DNA from: Carcharhinus longimanus
Lineage: Eukaryota
Assembly (NCBI GenBank): GCA_030264375.1
Contig: JASCQW010000119.1
Coordinates: forward strand, 7,038,536 to 7,102,535
DNA: 64,000 bases
Direction of reading: 5' to 3'
Positions 13,857 through 26,153 of the stretch are shown one piece after another. The notes beneath the pieces are model-generated. The model was not told the DNA's origin. It saw nothing but the letters and a program-made list of their open reading frames with translations, and ran no database searches. Numbering within the stretch: position 1 is the first letter of the stretch; every line of letters begins with the position of its first letter. The position numbers and the translations under genes were made by a program.

Positions 13857-14315
13857 AGGTGTGGAGATGTCAGTGTTGGAATGGGGTAAACAGAGAACAA
13901 ACTCTCACAACAGGTAAAGTCTAACAGGTTTATTTGGTAGCACAAGTCACAAACTTTCAGAGCACTGTTCCTTTATCAAATGAATGAGAGTTCTGATCAT
14001 AAACAGGGCATGAAGGCCAAACTCAATTTACAAAACAATCGTTGGAATGCGAATCTTTTCAGGTAATCAAGCTTTGAAGGTACAGACAATGCACGTGAAG
14101 AGAGAGTGCTTAACCTGCGCTTAACCCCCTCTGCACTCACATTGTCTGTACGTTTAAGACTCGATTACTTGTAAAGACTCGCATTCCAACCATTATTTTG
14201 TGAATTGAGTTTGTGGCTAATATGCCCTGTTGGTGAATATAACTCGCACTTACCTGATGAAGCAGCAGCGCTCTGAAAGCTTGTGGCTTGTTCTACCAAA
14301 TAAATCTTTTGTTGC
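13857..14315. mobile_element. Penelope-like element terminal (pseudo-LTR) sequence present as an inverted pair
   Basis: 13929-~14106 is the imperfect reverse complement of ~14125-14304. Both arms resemble the 3' terminus of the Penelope at 15320-15550. Candidate TSD tattccta (13849-13856) / tatttcta (14316-14323). Confidence 0.85.
14245..14290 (+). ncRNA. Minimal type I hammerhead ribozyme motif of the Penelope pLTR (probably decayed)
   Basis: CTGATGA (14254-14260), imperfect stem II agcagc-agc-gctct, GAAA (14275-14278), then the palindromic AGCT minimal stem III and GTG able to pair with upstream CAC. Penelope-associated minimal hammerheads are an established class. Confidence 0.7.
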
Positions 14316-14370
14316 TATTTCTAGGCACACTAGCATGTCGCACAGACAGTAATCCTGAGATGACAACCTT

Positions 14371-15550
14371 AATGGGTGCTCCACTTCTCCATTTTCCTAA
14401 ACACCCTGAACACGCGAAAGAAGCCGTACTCTAGATATGAGCCCTTCATATACACGAGATCGGCTCAGAAGCAAAATAACGTAACACAAAACTACAGACA
14501 CTGTTAGATGCCCTCGTAAGAACAGGGTATAGCTCTCGTGTCATCGGTCGACAGTTGTTGAGGAACACAGCGTAAAACCGCACTGGCCCCCTCATAATAG
14601 AAAGATGGGGCACGACCAACAGAATACACATCGTCGCTGACTACTTCCCTGGAGTGGAGAAGCTACACATCTTCTTCGGAATCTTCAAACACCAACAATG
14701 AAGACGAACATACGACCAACGCCTTCCCCACACCCCTAGTACTTGCCATCAAACAAACACACAACTTCAAGCAGACTATTGACCTCAACAAACCACGTAG
14801 CCTTCAGAAGAACGGCAGCAGCGACACCACACAACGCTGCCACAACAACCTCTGCAACAGGTGTCAGATCATCGGCAGGGATGCCAACACCCCACCTGAG
14901 GACACCATCCACCAGGTACACGCTACATACTTATGCAATTCGGCCAATGTTGTACACCTGATTCTCTGCATGAAAGGATGTCCCGAGGCTTGGCACATCG
15001 GCGAGTCCATGTAAGCACTATGACAACAGGTGAATGAACGCCAGTCGACAACCTCCAGGTAGGATTGTTCCCTGCCTGTCGGGGAAAACTTCAGCAATCA
15101 AGGGCATTCTGCGTCTTATCTTTCGGTAAGCATTGTCCAAGTTCGCCTTCAAGATAACACAAAATCATTGAGCAGAAACTCATAGCCAGGATCCGCACAC
15201 ATGAGGTCGGCCTCAACTGGGACCTTGTGTTCATGTCACACTACCTGTAACTCCCACGATTTGTCTGGACTTGCAAATCTCACTCACTATCTGCCTTGAC
15301 ACAATTTGCATCTCTTTATCTCTTTAGCCTGTGCTTAACTCTCTTTCCCCGTGTCTTCACTGTACCTGCAAAAAATGATTGTCTGTTGAGATTTGCATAC
15401 CAACCTTTATATGACAATTGATTCTATGTCTATATAGTCCCTGATTATGAAGCCAACTCTCCACTAGCTTAATGAAGGGACAGTCATCTGAAAGCTCGTG
15501 CTGCCAAATAAACACGTTTACTTTGACTTGGTGTTTTGCGGATTATTAAT
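14371..15550 (+). mobile_element. 5'-truncated Penelope-like retroelement: RT thumb, GIY-YIG endonuclease, 3' pLTR
   Basis: Translation remnants LQTLLDALVRTGYSSRVIGRQ, YFPGVEKL, TYLCNSANVVHLILCMKGCPEAWHIGESM (GIY-YIG with Cys motif), SLPVGENFSNQGHS, EQKLIARIRTHEVGLNWDLVFMSHYL* ending ~15250. A decayed hammerhead core TTAATGA..GAAAGCTCGTG lies at 15469-15500. Confidence 0.92.
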
Positions 15551-16614
15551 GGACTCATGTGACAACCTGCTTCATCACTTGCTTTGCCATGGGTAAGCAA
15601 ATGGGACGGAAATGATTCATATAACTTTTGTGCAGCTGCAACATTTTCCATAATCTCTTGTAACAAAACTTTTGAATCTGCCCTGTCGGATTTGGTACGA
15701 GTATTTAATAGATTGTCAAGGCAACATTTTATTATTACAGCAGAAATTTGTTCTTGGTCAACATCCGGTGCAAATTCCAGTTATATTGTCTTGTCCTTAA
15801 GAATGCTGGAGGGATTGAAGTGATTGCATTGAGGCATCTTTGATATACAGATCTGAGGATTGTATTTTACATCAGTGTTGTTTTCATCCGATGCGGTGAC
15901 TGGTATTCAAAATGAAAGTAGACTTATTACCTGTTTGTCCTCTCATTCATAGGTATGTCTGATGCTGCGCTACTCATTTCTCTGGGCAGCCTCAATTGGT
16001 GTTGAGTTTCTTAATAGTGAATGGCAGACTGACAAATATGCCCGATATTTAAGTCGCAAATTGTGGTTAAAAACTTCTGCTGCATTTCATTGCTATTAAG
16101 TCATTGATTGTTATTCTTGAAGTCCGACATATCCTCTAAATCTATACAGTTGAGTGTAACAGTGGTGTGGCATAGAACAAGTCGTTGTTGTTACTCATCT
16201 GAAAATGTGACATGGTCTGCAGATTAGTTGCCCTCTGTAAACTTTTGATCTTATGAACGCGCAAACATACCTGTGATAGTAACACCAGGGCATTTGAGGA
16301 CAAATATATGCCCACAACAATTCTCTTTTCGTTCTGACTCATTGCAAGCCTCACACGACAGCTCTATCTTGCAGTACCCGAAAACAGTTGATCAACAGAC
16401 TGCTTCCTGTAAATGGTTGCACTATCTACTTGCGCGTATTAAGCACATTTTATTGATTAGTTTATTCGTTAAATGGTAACTTGGTTCGTTCATGAAATAT
16501 TGATATTATTGGCTTGGTCAACTTTATTTGCATTTCTCTAATTGCCGTTGTACTAAATAGCTTTCTTGGTCAGTCGGGAGGAAATTAATAACCAGACACG
16601 CTGACATATATTGA

Positions 16615-16973
16615 AAGTTCTACACAGGGTTGCATGGTTCCAGAAAGAGGCCGTTCAACGTGTGGATTCTCTAAAGCCTCCCCGACAGAATATTTTAGCC
16701 AGGGCCATTCCCGGCATAAACTTGTCAAACTATCCATTTACTATAGCTGATACATTTAGTCTATACATCGTGGGACATGAAAAGGACAAAACGCATGCTC
16801 AATCAATCTAGACTTCTTATCATTGGAAGGTGAGAGGAAAAGAGACCACCAAGAGCAAACCCATGCAAACTAGGGGATAATGTACAAAGTCCACAGCTAC
16901 TCAAGGGCAGATTGAGCATGTGCCACTGTTGCTGAAAGAGGACATTACTAACTAGGATGATACCACGCTGTCC
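16615..16973 (-). mobile_element. Old HE1-like V-SINE
   Basis: cccatgcaaactaggggataatgtacaaagtccacag is a diverged reverse-complemented V-domain; tail remnant cagaaagaggccgttc. Confidence 0.6.
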
Positions 16974-17099
16974 TTTCGGGGAATGATAGTACTTGAACGG
17001 CATCAGTGAAGTCAGAAGTGCTGAGCAGCAATAATTAGATGGTCATTAACATATATTTTTGTAATCATCTGTCATGAGCAGATTCAAAGCTTTTCATCA

Positions 17100-17360
17100 A
17101 CTCTCAAGCACAGGGGCCAGATAACATTCCAGCTTTGGGTCACAGACTGAATTTTTAACATTTTCCTCATGCCTGCGTGATTTCTTTCAGGGTGGCCCAG
17201 GCTCCTTCGACAGTCAGAAATGTCCGGCTTTGGTGTGGTTGGCCATGCAAAATTGTCCCATACAGCCAAGCGGATTGGCGAAATGAATATGTGGGGTTAC
17301 GTGTATGGTGCACGAGTATTATTGGTTCAAGATCAGTGTGATAGAATCCTGCACTTTCAT
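17100..17360 (+). mobile_element. Old HE1-like V-SINE fragment
   Basis: ggttggccatgcaaaattgtccc and atatgtggggttacg match other copies in the window. Confidence 0.55.
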
Positions 17361-18714
17361 TTATTTGAACATGATTTCTACGATATCTGTCAATAGTTGG
17401 AACCTTTAGCTAATAGTCTAGTAACAATATCATTGCAGCTTCGAGTTCCCTTTAACAGAAACTCATGGCATTTGCCCTTTTCTAGTAAATGTGTTTCTCT
17501 TATTCGTCATTACTAACCTTTTTATTTATAGTTTGAGCGGTGAGTTAAAATCTATTAACTTAACTACGTGTGATGACAACATCATCGTTCATAATAGATG
17601 AAATTCTGTACCATGGGGACTGACGGAAATCAGTTGGCTACAATCGTAGCTCATGATATTCCACTAGGCTCTCTCTTGTTATTTATTATTTTTCTGCTTC
17701 TCAAACTTATTCTTGGGTGTCACCATGGGATGCTTTGGGACATCAAAACTCGCATACTGGCTTCAAGTCTGTGGAAGGAAAAATAACGCCTGCAACAATA
17801 ATTTAGCAACAATAATGGCAGTAGTGACTTTGTAATGGCTGCTCTGGTTGACAGCTAAGTATATTGGGTTTTGTAGTCAACTTTTCGATTAAAACCAGAT
17901 GCAGGTCAGAAAGAGGCTGTGGTCTGGGAACTGAAAATTTTTGAATTGTTAGGTTTTTTTTTTCACATTGATACAGACTTTGCATCTCCGATGCATGGCT
18001 GCTATGTATGGAGTATGCAGTTCAATCTAAGTGTAATTGAATCGTTCAAAAGCATTTTCACTGGACGTTGGAGCCATGTGATCGGTTTACGGCGATCCAC
18101 TTGGCTGGATGATGTATAATTTTGCAGAAGCGAATGAAAAATTATGGCGAGAAAGGCATAATGTTCTTATTATGACAGCTATGAAGCAAAAAGACCAATC
18201 ATCGCAGGAAAACGCGTGCACAATGAAGGATTCTCCATTAAACAAAAGATAAATTCTACATCAACGATATTCGTCGCGAAGGTTTTCCGAAACTCAGTGG
18301 CGTCTGTTTTATGTTAAAACTGTTAACTTTGGTGTTTAATTGAAGTTAAAGTGCTATTTAACTATTAAAGTTCAGTAAAGTGTTAATGAGTTGCAACTGT
18401 TCATGTTTGAGTTGACACGAGAATTGTGAAATAAACACTTAATTATATTACTGTCCTTGCTTGTATCCTGAAAATGGAATGCTTGGAAAGTATTTAAATA
18501 ACAACTTTGACTAGTCTAATGAAGTATTTTTCCTTTTCACTAAAGAAAGTCATGTTTTGTCACTGCACACTTCCTCTGCCACTCGTCTGTTGGGCCGCTG
18601 TTCACACAGATTACTGTGCAATGATGCATCTCTTCCAGTTTGACATGGTTACGATTCAAAATATTGCCCTGTAATCCTTTTGAAAATCACCATCTGATTT
18701 ACCAATTGGACGAT

Positions 18715-19030
18715 GGACGGCATGGTGGCACAGCGGTTAGCACTGCCACCTCACAGCACCAACGACCCGTGTTCGAGTCCCGGCTTTCGTCACTGCCTGT
18801 CTCCTTGTGTTTGCGTGGCTTTCCAGTGGGTGCTCCAGTTTCCCTCGGTCTAAAGTTGTGTAGTTTACGTGCATTGGCCAGACTAAATGTCCCCTCAAGT
18901 TCAATGGGATTACCTAGGGAAAACGCATAGGGTTATGGGGATAGGGCATGGTGCAATTGTTGTCGGTGCAGACTCGATGGGCCGGATGACCTCCTTCATT
19001 ACTGTAAGATTCTAAGGTTTTCCATGATTT
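18715..19030 (+). mobile_element. HE1-like V-SINE with CR1-derived tail
   Basis: Head ggcatggtggcacagcggttagcactgcc...gttcgagtcccgg (A and B boxes); gtgggtgctccagtttcc; tail gtgcagactcgatgggccggatgacctccttc, homologous to the CR1 3' end near 1440. Confidence 0.9.
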
Positions 19031-20374
19031 GCTTAGCGCAGTATCTCTCGTAGCATATCTACAACAAATCAAAGTAGTACTATCTAACACGATGGGAAAC
19101 GTGGTCATTAAGTGCATCTTTCGCTACTACTTGCAGGATCACGAAGACCACACATATTTACACCTGAGAATTTTGCTTCAATATGACTGTTTGAATCGTG
19201 ATGTTCTTGAACCTCTTGTCCTCTGCCATTAATATTCGATAAACGTTAATTCATTTTTGACTCAACACTCATCATCTGAATAGTTTAAGCCAATCGTGAA
19301 CTCTGTTCTGTTGTAAAGTGCCTCAAATCTTTACTTTTGATGACTGTCATGGCGATCTTCCCGGACTGCCAGAATTAGTCATGCACGCCAATGTCCGCCC
19401 TGTGTTGAAATGATCCCTTCACCTTGCTTCAGAACTTCATCAGACCTTCAACATTTTTTTAAACATCTAGGCCCCCAACTGGGCATGCACTATAAAGGTG
19501 TATAAATAAGATCGCGCACTTCACCATGAACGGCCAGATTGCGATCTGTTTAGACCTTATTTAGCATCATCTCAGAATTGTTTCCTCACTTTATTTTACG
19601 ATAACACACTGAAATTCGCAATACAGCCAAAGCCAGCGCTAACAAGCAATATATGATTGGTGTCTAATTTCGATGTTTAATTTGCCTGGGTTGCACAGCA
19701 TGAAAATTTGGATATATGGTTACCTTAATGGTACTACCTACAAATCAAACGTTGCTCTCAAATTCTTGCTCGCAAGAAAAACAACGTTTTGTTTTCTTCA
19801 TTGTATTTAAACTTTGTTTCGAAATTTAATAGACCACTGCTCATAAACAAAATGGTCAAATTGTCAAGTTGCCATGATGGCAGATGAAAAGAGACTTCTC
19901 TCCACGTTGATGTGGACAGCAATCTGATTTTAACACAAAGACTAACAACCCATAGCGAATTATAAGTTTCAGAGCTGGTCCTGCGTTCGCATCCTGAACT
20001 TTGACAATAATGAATTAACGTTTCTAGTGTCACTCTGCCCAAAGATAATTTTGAAAGAATTTTGAAATCCAGTGTGGAGCACAAACTTATGTGAAGTTGC
20101 AAAATAGGTTAACAACAATTTTACAGGGTGTGAACTGTCCTTTACGTGAAAGTATTAATAGTTTCAAATTCAGAATGATTGAAAACATAAACAAAAAAAA
20201 AGATATTCGGAGGGTAAGTTATGCACAGGATATAAAAAAAACTAAAATAAATGGGATTGATATCTGTAAACTTCACTGTGTCGGAATCGTTTCCAGCAGG
20301 CACACAAATACGTAAATGTCAGCAGTGCTGAATATGTACATGCAGAATTAAAAACATATGTCACTTGTGACTAA

Positions 20375-20673
20375 GGTTTAATGTTTGTTTATTAGTGTGA
20401 CAAGTGGGCTTATACTAACACTGTAATGAATTTACTGTCAATCCCTCCAGTCGCCACCCTCCAGCGTCTGTTCGTGTACTCTAAGAGAAAATTTAAGCAT
20501 GGCCAGTTCACGGACGCAGCATGTCGTTTGGCTTGTGGAATAAATTGGAGTAGCCCCACACAGACATGGGGAGCACGCGTAGGTACCACATAGACAGTGA
20601 CCAGGCCGGGAATTGGACCAGGGTCCCTGGTGCTGTGAAGCAGCAGTGGTAACCCACTGTGCAACTGTGTCAC
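20375..20673 (-). mobile_element. V-SINE with type B tail
   Basis: tttattagtgtgacaagtgggcttatactaacactgtaatgaatttactg is the reverse-complemented B tail. cacacagacatggggag and gggtccctggtgctgtgaagcagcagtggtaaccc are the V-domain and head. Confidence 0.87.
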
Positions 20674-23600
20674 AGAAAGGGAATAATTCTGCAAAATATA
20701 TATTTTCACATGAACTGACCTGGATCTAGCATTCCTTGTCATTGTCGGCAGGGACTTAATTCGTCTGTTTGCTTCTCGTCCTCACACGAACGGCCTTTCG
20801 ATGCACTGATCTCGCAGACATAAACCCTCAGGCTGACTATAACGAAGGAGGCAGACTTATTTATTGCAAGTCGGTATTCCATCTGGACTCCACGCTCAAA
20901 GAATAAGATCAAACGTGTTATTGTCCAGACTGTAGCACTGACTTTAAAACTTGTGATACGATTGTCCCGCTGCCCTGCCCGAATTATTGCAGTTGGTTAA
21001 ACATGTATATATAAATATCAGAATTTACAACGTGGTAGCACTGCTCAGGCAATGCTAACTAATATAGAAAAACACACACAAACGTTTCATGGTATAATGC
21101 AAATAAATGATAAAAAAAAGGACGCCACATTTCATGGGCGTGCAAAGTGGGAAAACGTCCTAATATGTTTTCTTTTGCATTTTTTCTTTTCAGGGAGCAC
21201 TGCTTATGAATTAAATGTTATAATATTTCTACTTACCTTACATTGGAATTAACTTTTTCTATGTCAAAATGTATTATTCACGTGGAGTCATTTCGTGAAG
21301 GATTTTAAGAGATAAATACTGGACGTATAAGAAACACAGTGAAAACTCGCTGCGTAAAATGAGTGGATCGCTACGGTGATTTTGTTTGGCGCATCCATTG
21401 CATGTATGTGATGACTATAAGAGCAGCATTTACAGAACATTTTTATTCTGCCTGCACTGATCTGGTGAATTAAACCGGGTCCCATTTTGCTATTACGTGG
21501 GGGTGTTCAGATTTAACAGCTTTGCTGTGTCTTGGAGTCAAATGAGTTTGAACCACTGACTCCAGTTTCGTCTTAGTAAAACCAAGTTGTTTCCAGACGT
21601 AACTGTGACAATTCTGAGCACTACCTCTCGAATTTTGTCTTCAAATGTTTTATATCGTCCCACACATTCATAGCTATTTTGTAGTCTCCTTGTTGATCAC
21701 GCATTGACATTAATAATTATATCTACTTCTTCCTTCCATCTCCAGAGTACGAACAGAGGTTTACAAAGCATGCCCCATTCAAAACAATATTTGTGCCGGC
21801 ATCCCTGGCCAAATCCACCGCCCAAACGCATTTCCTGAATTTCGCCAGTGTCTATTGTCCTCTACATTGATGACAATTTGTGAGTAACATGACATTTCAT
21901 TCCCCAGATATTAGAAAAATTCATAGCCTGACGTAAATCGTCGTTCCCATCCCATTGTCAATTCAAACATTGAACCGTCACTGATATAATTTTTACCAGC
22001 CATTTTACCAGTGCACTAACTTCCACATGATCAAAGGGGAAAACCAGTTTCGGCTTTGAATTTCAAAACAGATCAGAGGATGTGATGAATTTACCAAGGA
22101 TGCGTGAAATTCAGCTTTGCAGTACATTCAGCCTGGTGTCTGATTTTGATCTGGAATTTGCCAACCAAGCGACATTGTTTTAGAACTGCCATTGATTCAG
22201 GGACTAGAAGCTGCACTTCACAACCAATGTTCTTTTTGTGGAAACAGAATCATTCATCATTTTATGTTCTGTCGAACGAAATAAGATGGCGTGTAAATAA
22301 GTTTGCCACGTTAAAAGCAAGATTAAGAGACAAAATTACAAAGTAAAAATGCTGCACTTACTGGTCTATGTAGCATTTCATAGCAAAGGAATTCGGCATG
22401 CGATGACATCCAGTACCACATTAGTTAAGTTTCAAAACATTGACATTTTGACGGCTTCAATTTCATTGCTCCATATGTGAGTGAATAATACATTACGTCA
22501 TGGGGATGAGGAGGCTGTCTGTTTTTGTATGTACTCTACTCAAGCGGAACGATTATAGGAAAACATTTGCGAAGTGGAGTGACTGAACAATCACAAAATG
22601 TACACAATGTTGAAACTGAGTTTATTGCTTTGTCCTATTGCAAATTTCCAGTAATAAATGTGCTTCGTGAATAAGTCAACAAATGAATTCAAGCATGGAA
22701 CTAAATGCAAATACTGAAGTGTTGAGCACAGGTTATAAATACCACGGTACGGAACGAAATTAGACTCGAGCTTCAGTTCTACATTTGAGTTTGTCAATGG
22801 TAAGCTTCAATAGTTTCATTCAATGTATCATTCACCTGAACTACCAGAAACTGAACTTTTCTGTGAAGCATACCTACCCCAAGCCAAATGCCAAGAACAG
22901 TAAGTCAACCCCGATCAAGTTCCACTGAGTAATCCCAGGGAGACATTAAAATCAGAGATCACCACGTTATTTATCATTGCAAATAAATATTAAGCCAGTT
23001 ATACTTCCTGACCAGCAAGGAAGTATGTTGGCTTCATAGAACACTGTGATAAAATATTATCATGACTGCAGAAAAGCATGGGTTAAGCTCATTCCTTATG
23101 GGCATAGTGTCATCACACCTTACTCCTGAAGAAGAAAAAAGAACAATCAATATTCAACAATGGCGCTTACTTACATAACCTTTTTTGTTCACAATACTAA
23201 TAATCTACAATAGATATGGACACATTTTATAACATCACAACATGCAAATATAACGACAGTAAAGTCCGTTTCGGCCCTTGTCTTCCGCTATCCAGTTTTC
23301 TTCTCCTTCCTTTCCTTGACACGCCACTATTCAGCTTCATTCTTCGTTCAGTTCAAAAATGTTCCTTCAAACTTCATTCTGCATTCATTCCAAATATAAT
23401 CTCATTTCCGTTGTCGTGGTCATTAATTAACTCTGGTAATGGACTCGCACAACGAGGCTGGATATGAAGAGATAAGGAAGATACAATCTCACATTTTTAG
23501 TGAGGGTCATTCAGGAAGGTAACAACCTCAATTCCATAATATATGTCAATTGGACTTAAAGAATTGTCATGAAGTTTGACTCATTTGATTGCTCTGGATC

Positions 23601-24599
23601 TGCAGAACCGCATTCTGCACGTTCTTCTCAGAGACGCATGGAAGATTGTCGTCGTTGTTGTCGCCATGCGGTGCAACCCACTGCATAGAGACCACTGTCA
23701 CACTTATTGTTGCAGAAACAACCAGAATTTTCTAGAACACACGCATGAGTAGTACTGCTTCAGTGGGCATTAACGTCTGTAGAAACCGAACAGGTCCATG
23801 TTCCAGGCATTTTACTTCAAATAATGGTACGGTTTCGGCAAACAATCACTTTTTCATATTGTTGGTCTTTTTTTTTCTGTGATCTGGCGGAGTAGCGCAC
23901 ACCTAGTCGTCAATCTCCATTTTGAGATCATACATATGATTTGACTTATCTATCTATTCCTTCGCTCAGATGGTTAGTTGTGTTTGATAATCGTTCTATT
24001 TATACCCAGGTTATTTCAGCAATTCAAGGACAGACGGCTAAACCGTTAGGTATGTGTCTCCAAACTTGCTCATGTCTTTCTTCATTTATTGCTCATTAAC
24101 ACGTTCTTCTTCTCCACCCACACCAGATTTACATGACCGAAGGAAATTTTCAGCTGCTGCATTTCAAACCGATTAATTGGCAGCTTCCTCTTCTGGGCAC
24201 CTGCGAATCTGGGAATATTATGTCAACAAAAAATAACATCTCTATCATGTAGAAATGTGGCAGTAATTCCCACCTTATTTCTACATATTTCTTGATGAGA
24301 TTTTGATAAGAATTTCATTTTTTTTGTTTATTTCCCTCTGCAAGGTATCTTAATGATTGGTTCTAATTTTTCAAGGTGTAGTACAGGACTTCAACTTAGC
24401 TTCTTGACAGGAACATCCAAATCAGGCAATCATTTAGCTAGAATTACAAGGATAACTGATGAATGGGAATTATATTTTGCCCTTAGCTTTCAATGTTTTA
24501 AAATTTCAGACTTGAGGCAATATGGACTCCTTCATTGATTGCTCAGTGCCCTGCGGAACTCTTTTTAAAACAATTTAGGTGTACATTGACGAAAAAACA

Positions 24600-25167
24600 T
24601 TCAGTTTAACTCCTAACCCTCTGAATACAGCTGATCGGATTGGATCCATTTTTGACCATATCTTTGATGGCAATATGCTTCAGAACAGCTGGGTGTTCAC
24701 TCTTACTCTCCTGAAGGCTCTGCAGCCTCGCCAAGACATCCTGGACCCTTGCATCAGGGAAGCAACATACTATCCTAGAAGCCTGTTTTCGTCCACCAAA
24801 ACTCCTGTCCATTCACCTTACAATAGAGTACCCTATCACCATAGCTGTGCTACAATTTTCCATGTCCTCAATTGCATCAGAGGCTTCTGCTATCTTCCCG
24901 TGGTGAGCTAGTCCCCCAAACATTGTCCGAAATGGTAGATCATTTCTGGAGGAAGATGACCACATGTCTCGACTTCAATGCCTTCTTACTGTTGCTCTAT
25001 CTGCTGTTCACCCAATCCTATCTCCGTCAGTAATTTTTATATGTGGCGTGACCAACACGCGCACCGTAATATTCACAACTAGCTCACCATAACAGAATCT
25101 CCAGAGTGAATCCATCCGCTTCAAATGGTACACCAGGAGCTGTAGGCGAACACACGTCTTGCACGTG
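24600..25167 (-). mobile_element. CR1 ORF1 fragment (zinc finger to SGNH esterase)
   Basis: Minus-strand translation TCKTCVRLQLL (~25130-25165), AMVIGYSIVR*MDRSFGGRKQASRIVCCFPDARVQDV (the CR1 VIGDSIVR..CCLPGARV motif), ending FRGLGVKL at 24600. Confidence 0.88.
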
Positions 25168-25882
25168 ACCGAAAAGGCAGGTTTGCTGTTTTACTGAACG
25201 TCAGAATTATGCAGAGTGAGGACAAGTTCGGGAGTACAAGCTGTGAGACCATATTGGATGAACTCAGGAGCAGGAGCGGTACAGCCACACTGCTCGGGTT
25301 GTGCTCCAGACCTCTCAGCAGCTACCGTGAGGCGACAGAGCTGGCATGTCAGTGCATCATGAGATTTTGTTTGAAGGAAGCAATATGGCTCTTGTGAGAG
25401 GCGATTTTAACTTCCCCAACATAGACTGGCATTCCTTCATTGCCAGGAGCATGGATGGGTCAAAAACTGTTCAGTGTGTGCAAGAGTGTTTCTTCAGCTG
25501 GATAGATCGTACAACCTCGGATGTGATATCTTTGACCTGGTTCTGGGGAGAAAAAACACCGCACAGGTGATTGATATCTGGGTGTGGCGACATTTTATGA
25601 GCAGTGATTACAATTGTGTCCTTTTCAAGATAATTGCTGCAAACGATATCAGTAGTCCGAGTTGAAAGTACTGCATTGGCGGAAATACAGACTACGACAG
25701 ACGTCGGCAGGAATTAGGGAATGTAAATTGCGGTTGGCTGTTTCAGGATAAATCTATATACGATAAAGGGTAACCTTTGAACAGCCGGTTATAAACAATT
25801 CAGGACAAGTATATCCATGCGAAAATGAAGGATAAAGATGGCAAAGTACGGAAATTATGGATTACAAGTGAAATTGTGAGTT

Positions 25883-26153
25883 TAAGAACATAATAAGAAC
25901 ATAAGAACATAAGAAATAGGAGCAGGAGTAGGCCATCTAGCCCTTCGAGCCTGCCCCGCCATTCNNNNNNNNNNNNNNNNNNNNNNNNNNNNNNNNNNNN
26001 NNNNNNNNNNNNNNNNNNNNNNNNNNNNNNNNNNNNNNNNNNNNNNNNNNNNNNNNNNNNNNNNTGCCAACATTAAATTCCATTTGCCATTTCCTGGCCC
26101 ATTCGCCCAGCCTATCTAGATCCTTCTGTAGACTCTCCATACCCTCCGCACAA
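25883..26153 (-). mobile_element. Young CR1 3' portion nested in the older CR1, spanning a gap
   Basis: Clean (AAGAACAT)n tail followed by aggagcaggagtaggccatctagcccttcgagcctgccccgccattc. Beyond the gap is an intact RT peptide LQKDLDRLGEWARKWQMEFNV. Confidence 0.9.

Larger units (their letters stand above)
10757..14370 (-). mobile_element. Near full-length decayed CR1 LINE (3' tail, RT, APE endonuclease, 3' part of ORF1 esterase), interrupted by a Penelope insert at 13857-14315
   Basis: ORFs 11123-11314 (LEGISFEERLNKLGLFSL) and 11527-11718 (YINDLE..ISKVADDT) are RT. ORF 13449-13634 contains the endonuclease start LKCICFNVRSI. ORF1 SGNH-esterase remnants RWELYKKDG (~13740-13765) and KVVISGLL (~14347-14370). 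Confidence 0.92.

Noticed and set aside
19349-19518. Short inverted ends gcgatctt...aagatcgc suggesting a small MITE
   Set aside because: Only an 8 bp match and no clear TSD.
24600-25880. Opposed CR1 ORF1 (-) and ORF2 (+) pieces as a single twin-primed insertion
   Set aside because: The geometry fits, but it would need a large deletion, and the ORF1 piece joins almost exactly to the CR1 ending at 14370. Kept only as an alternative.
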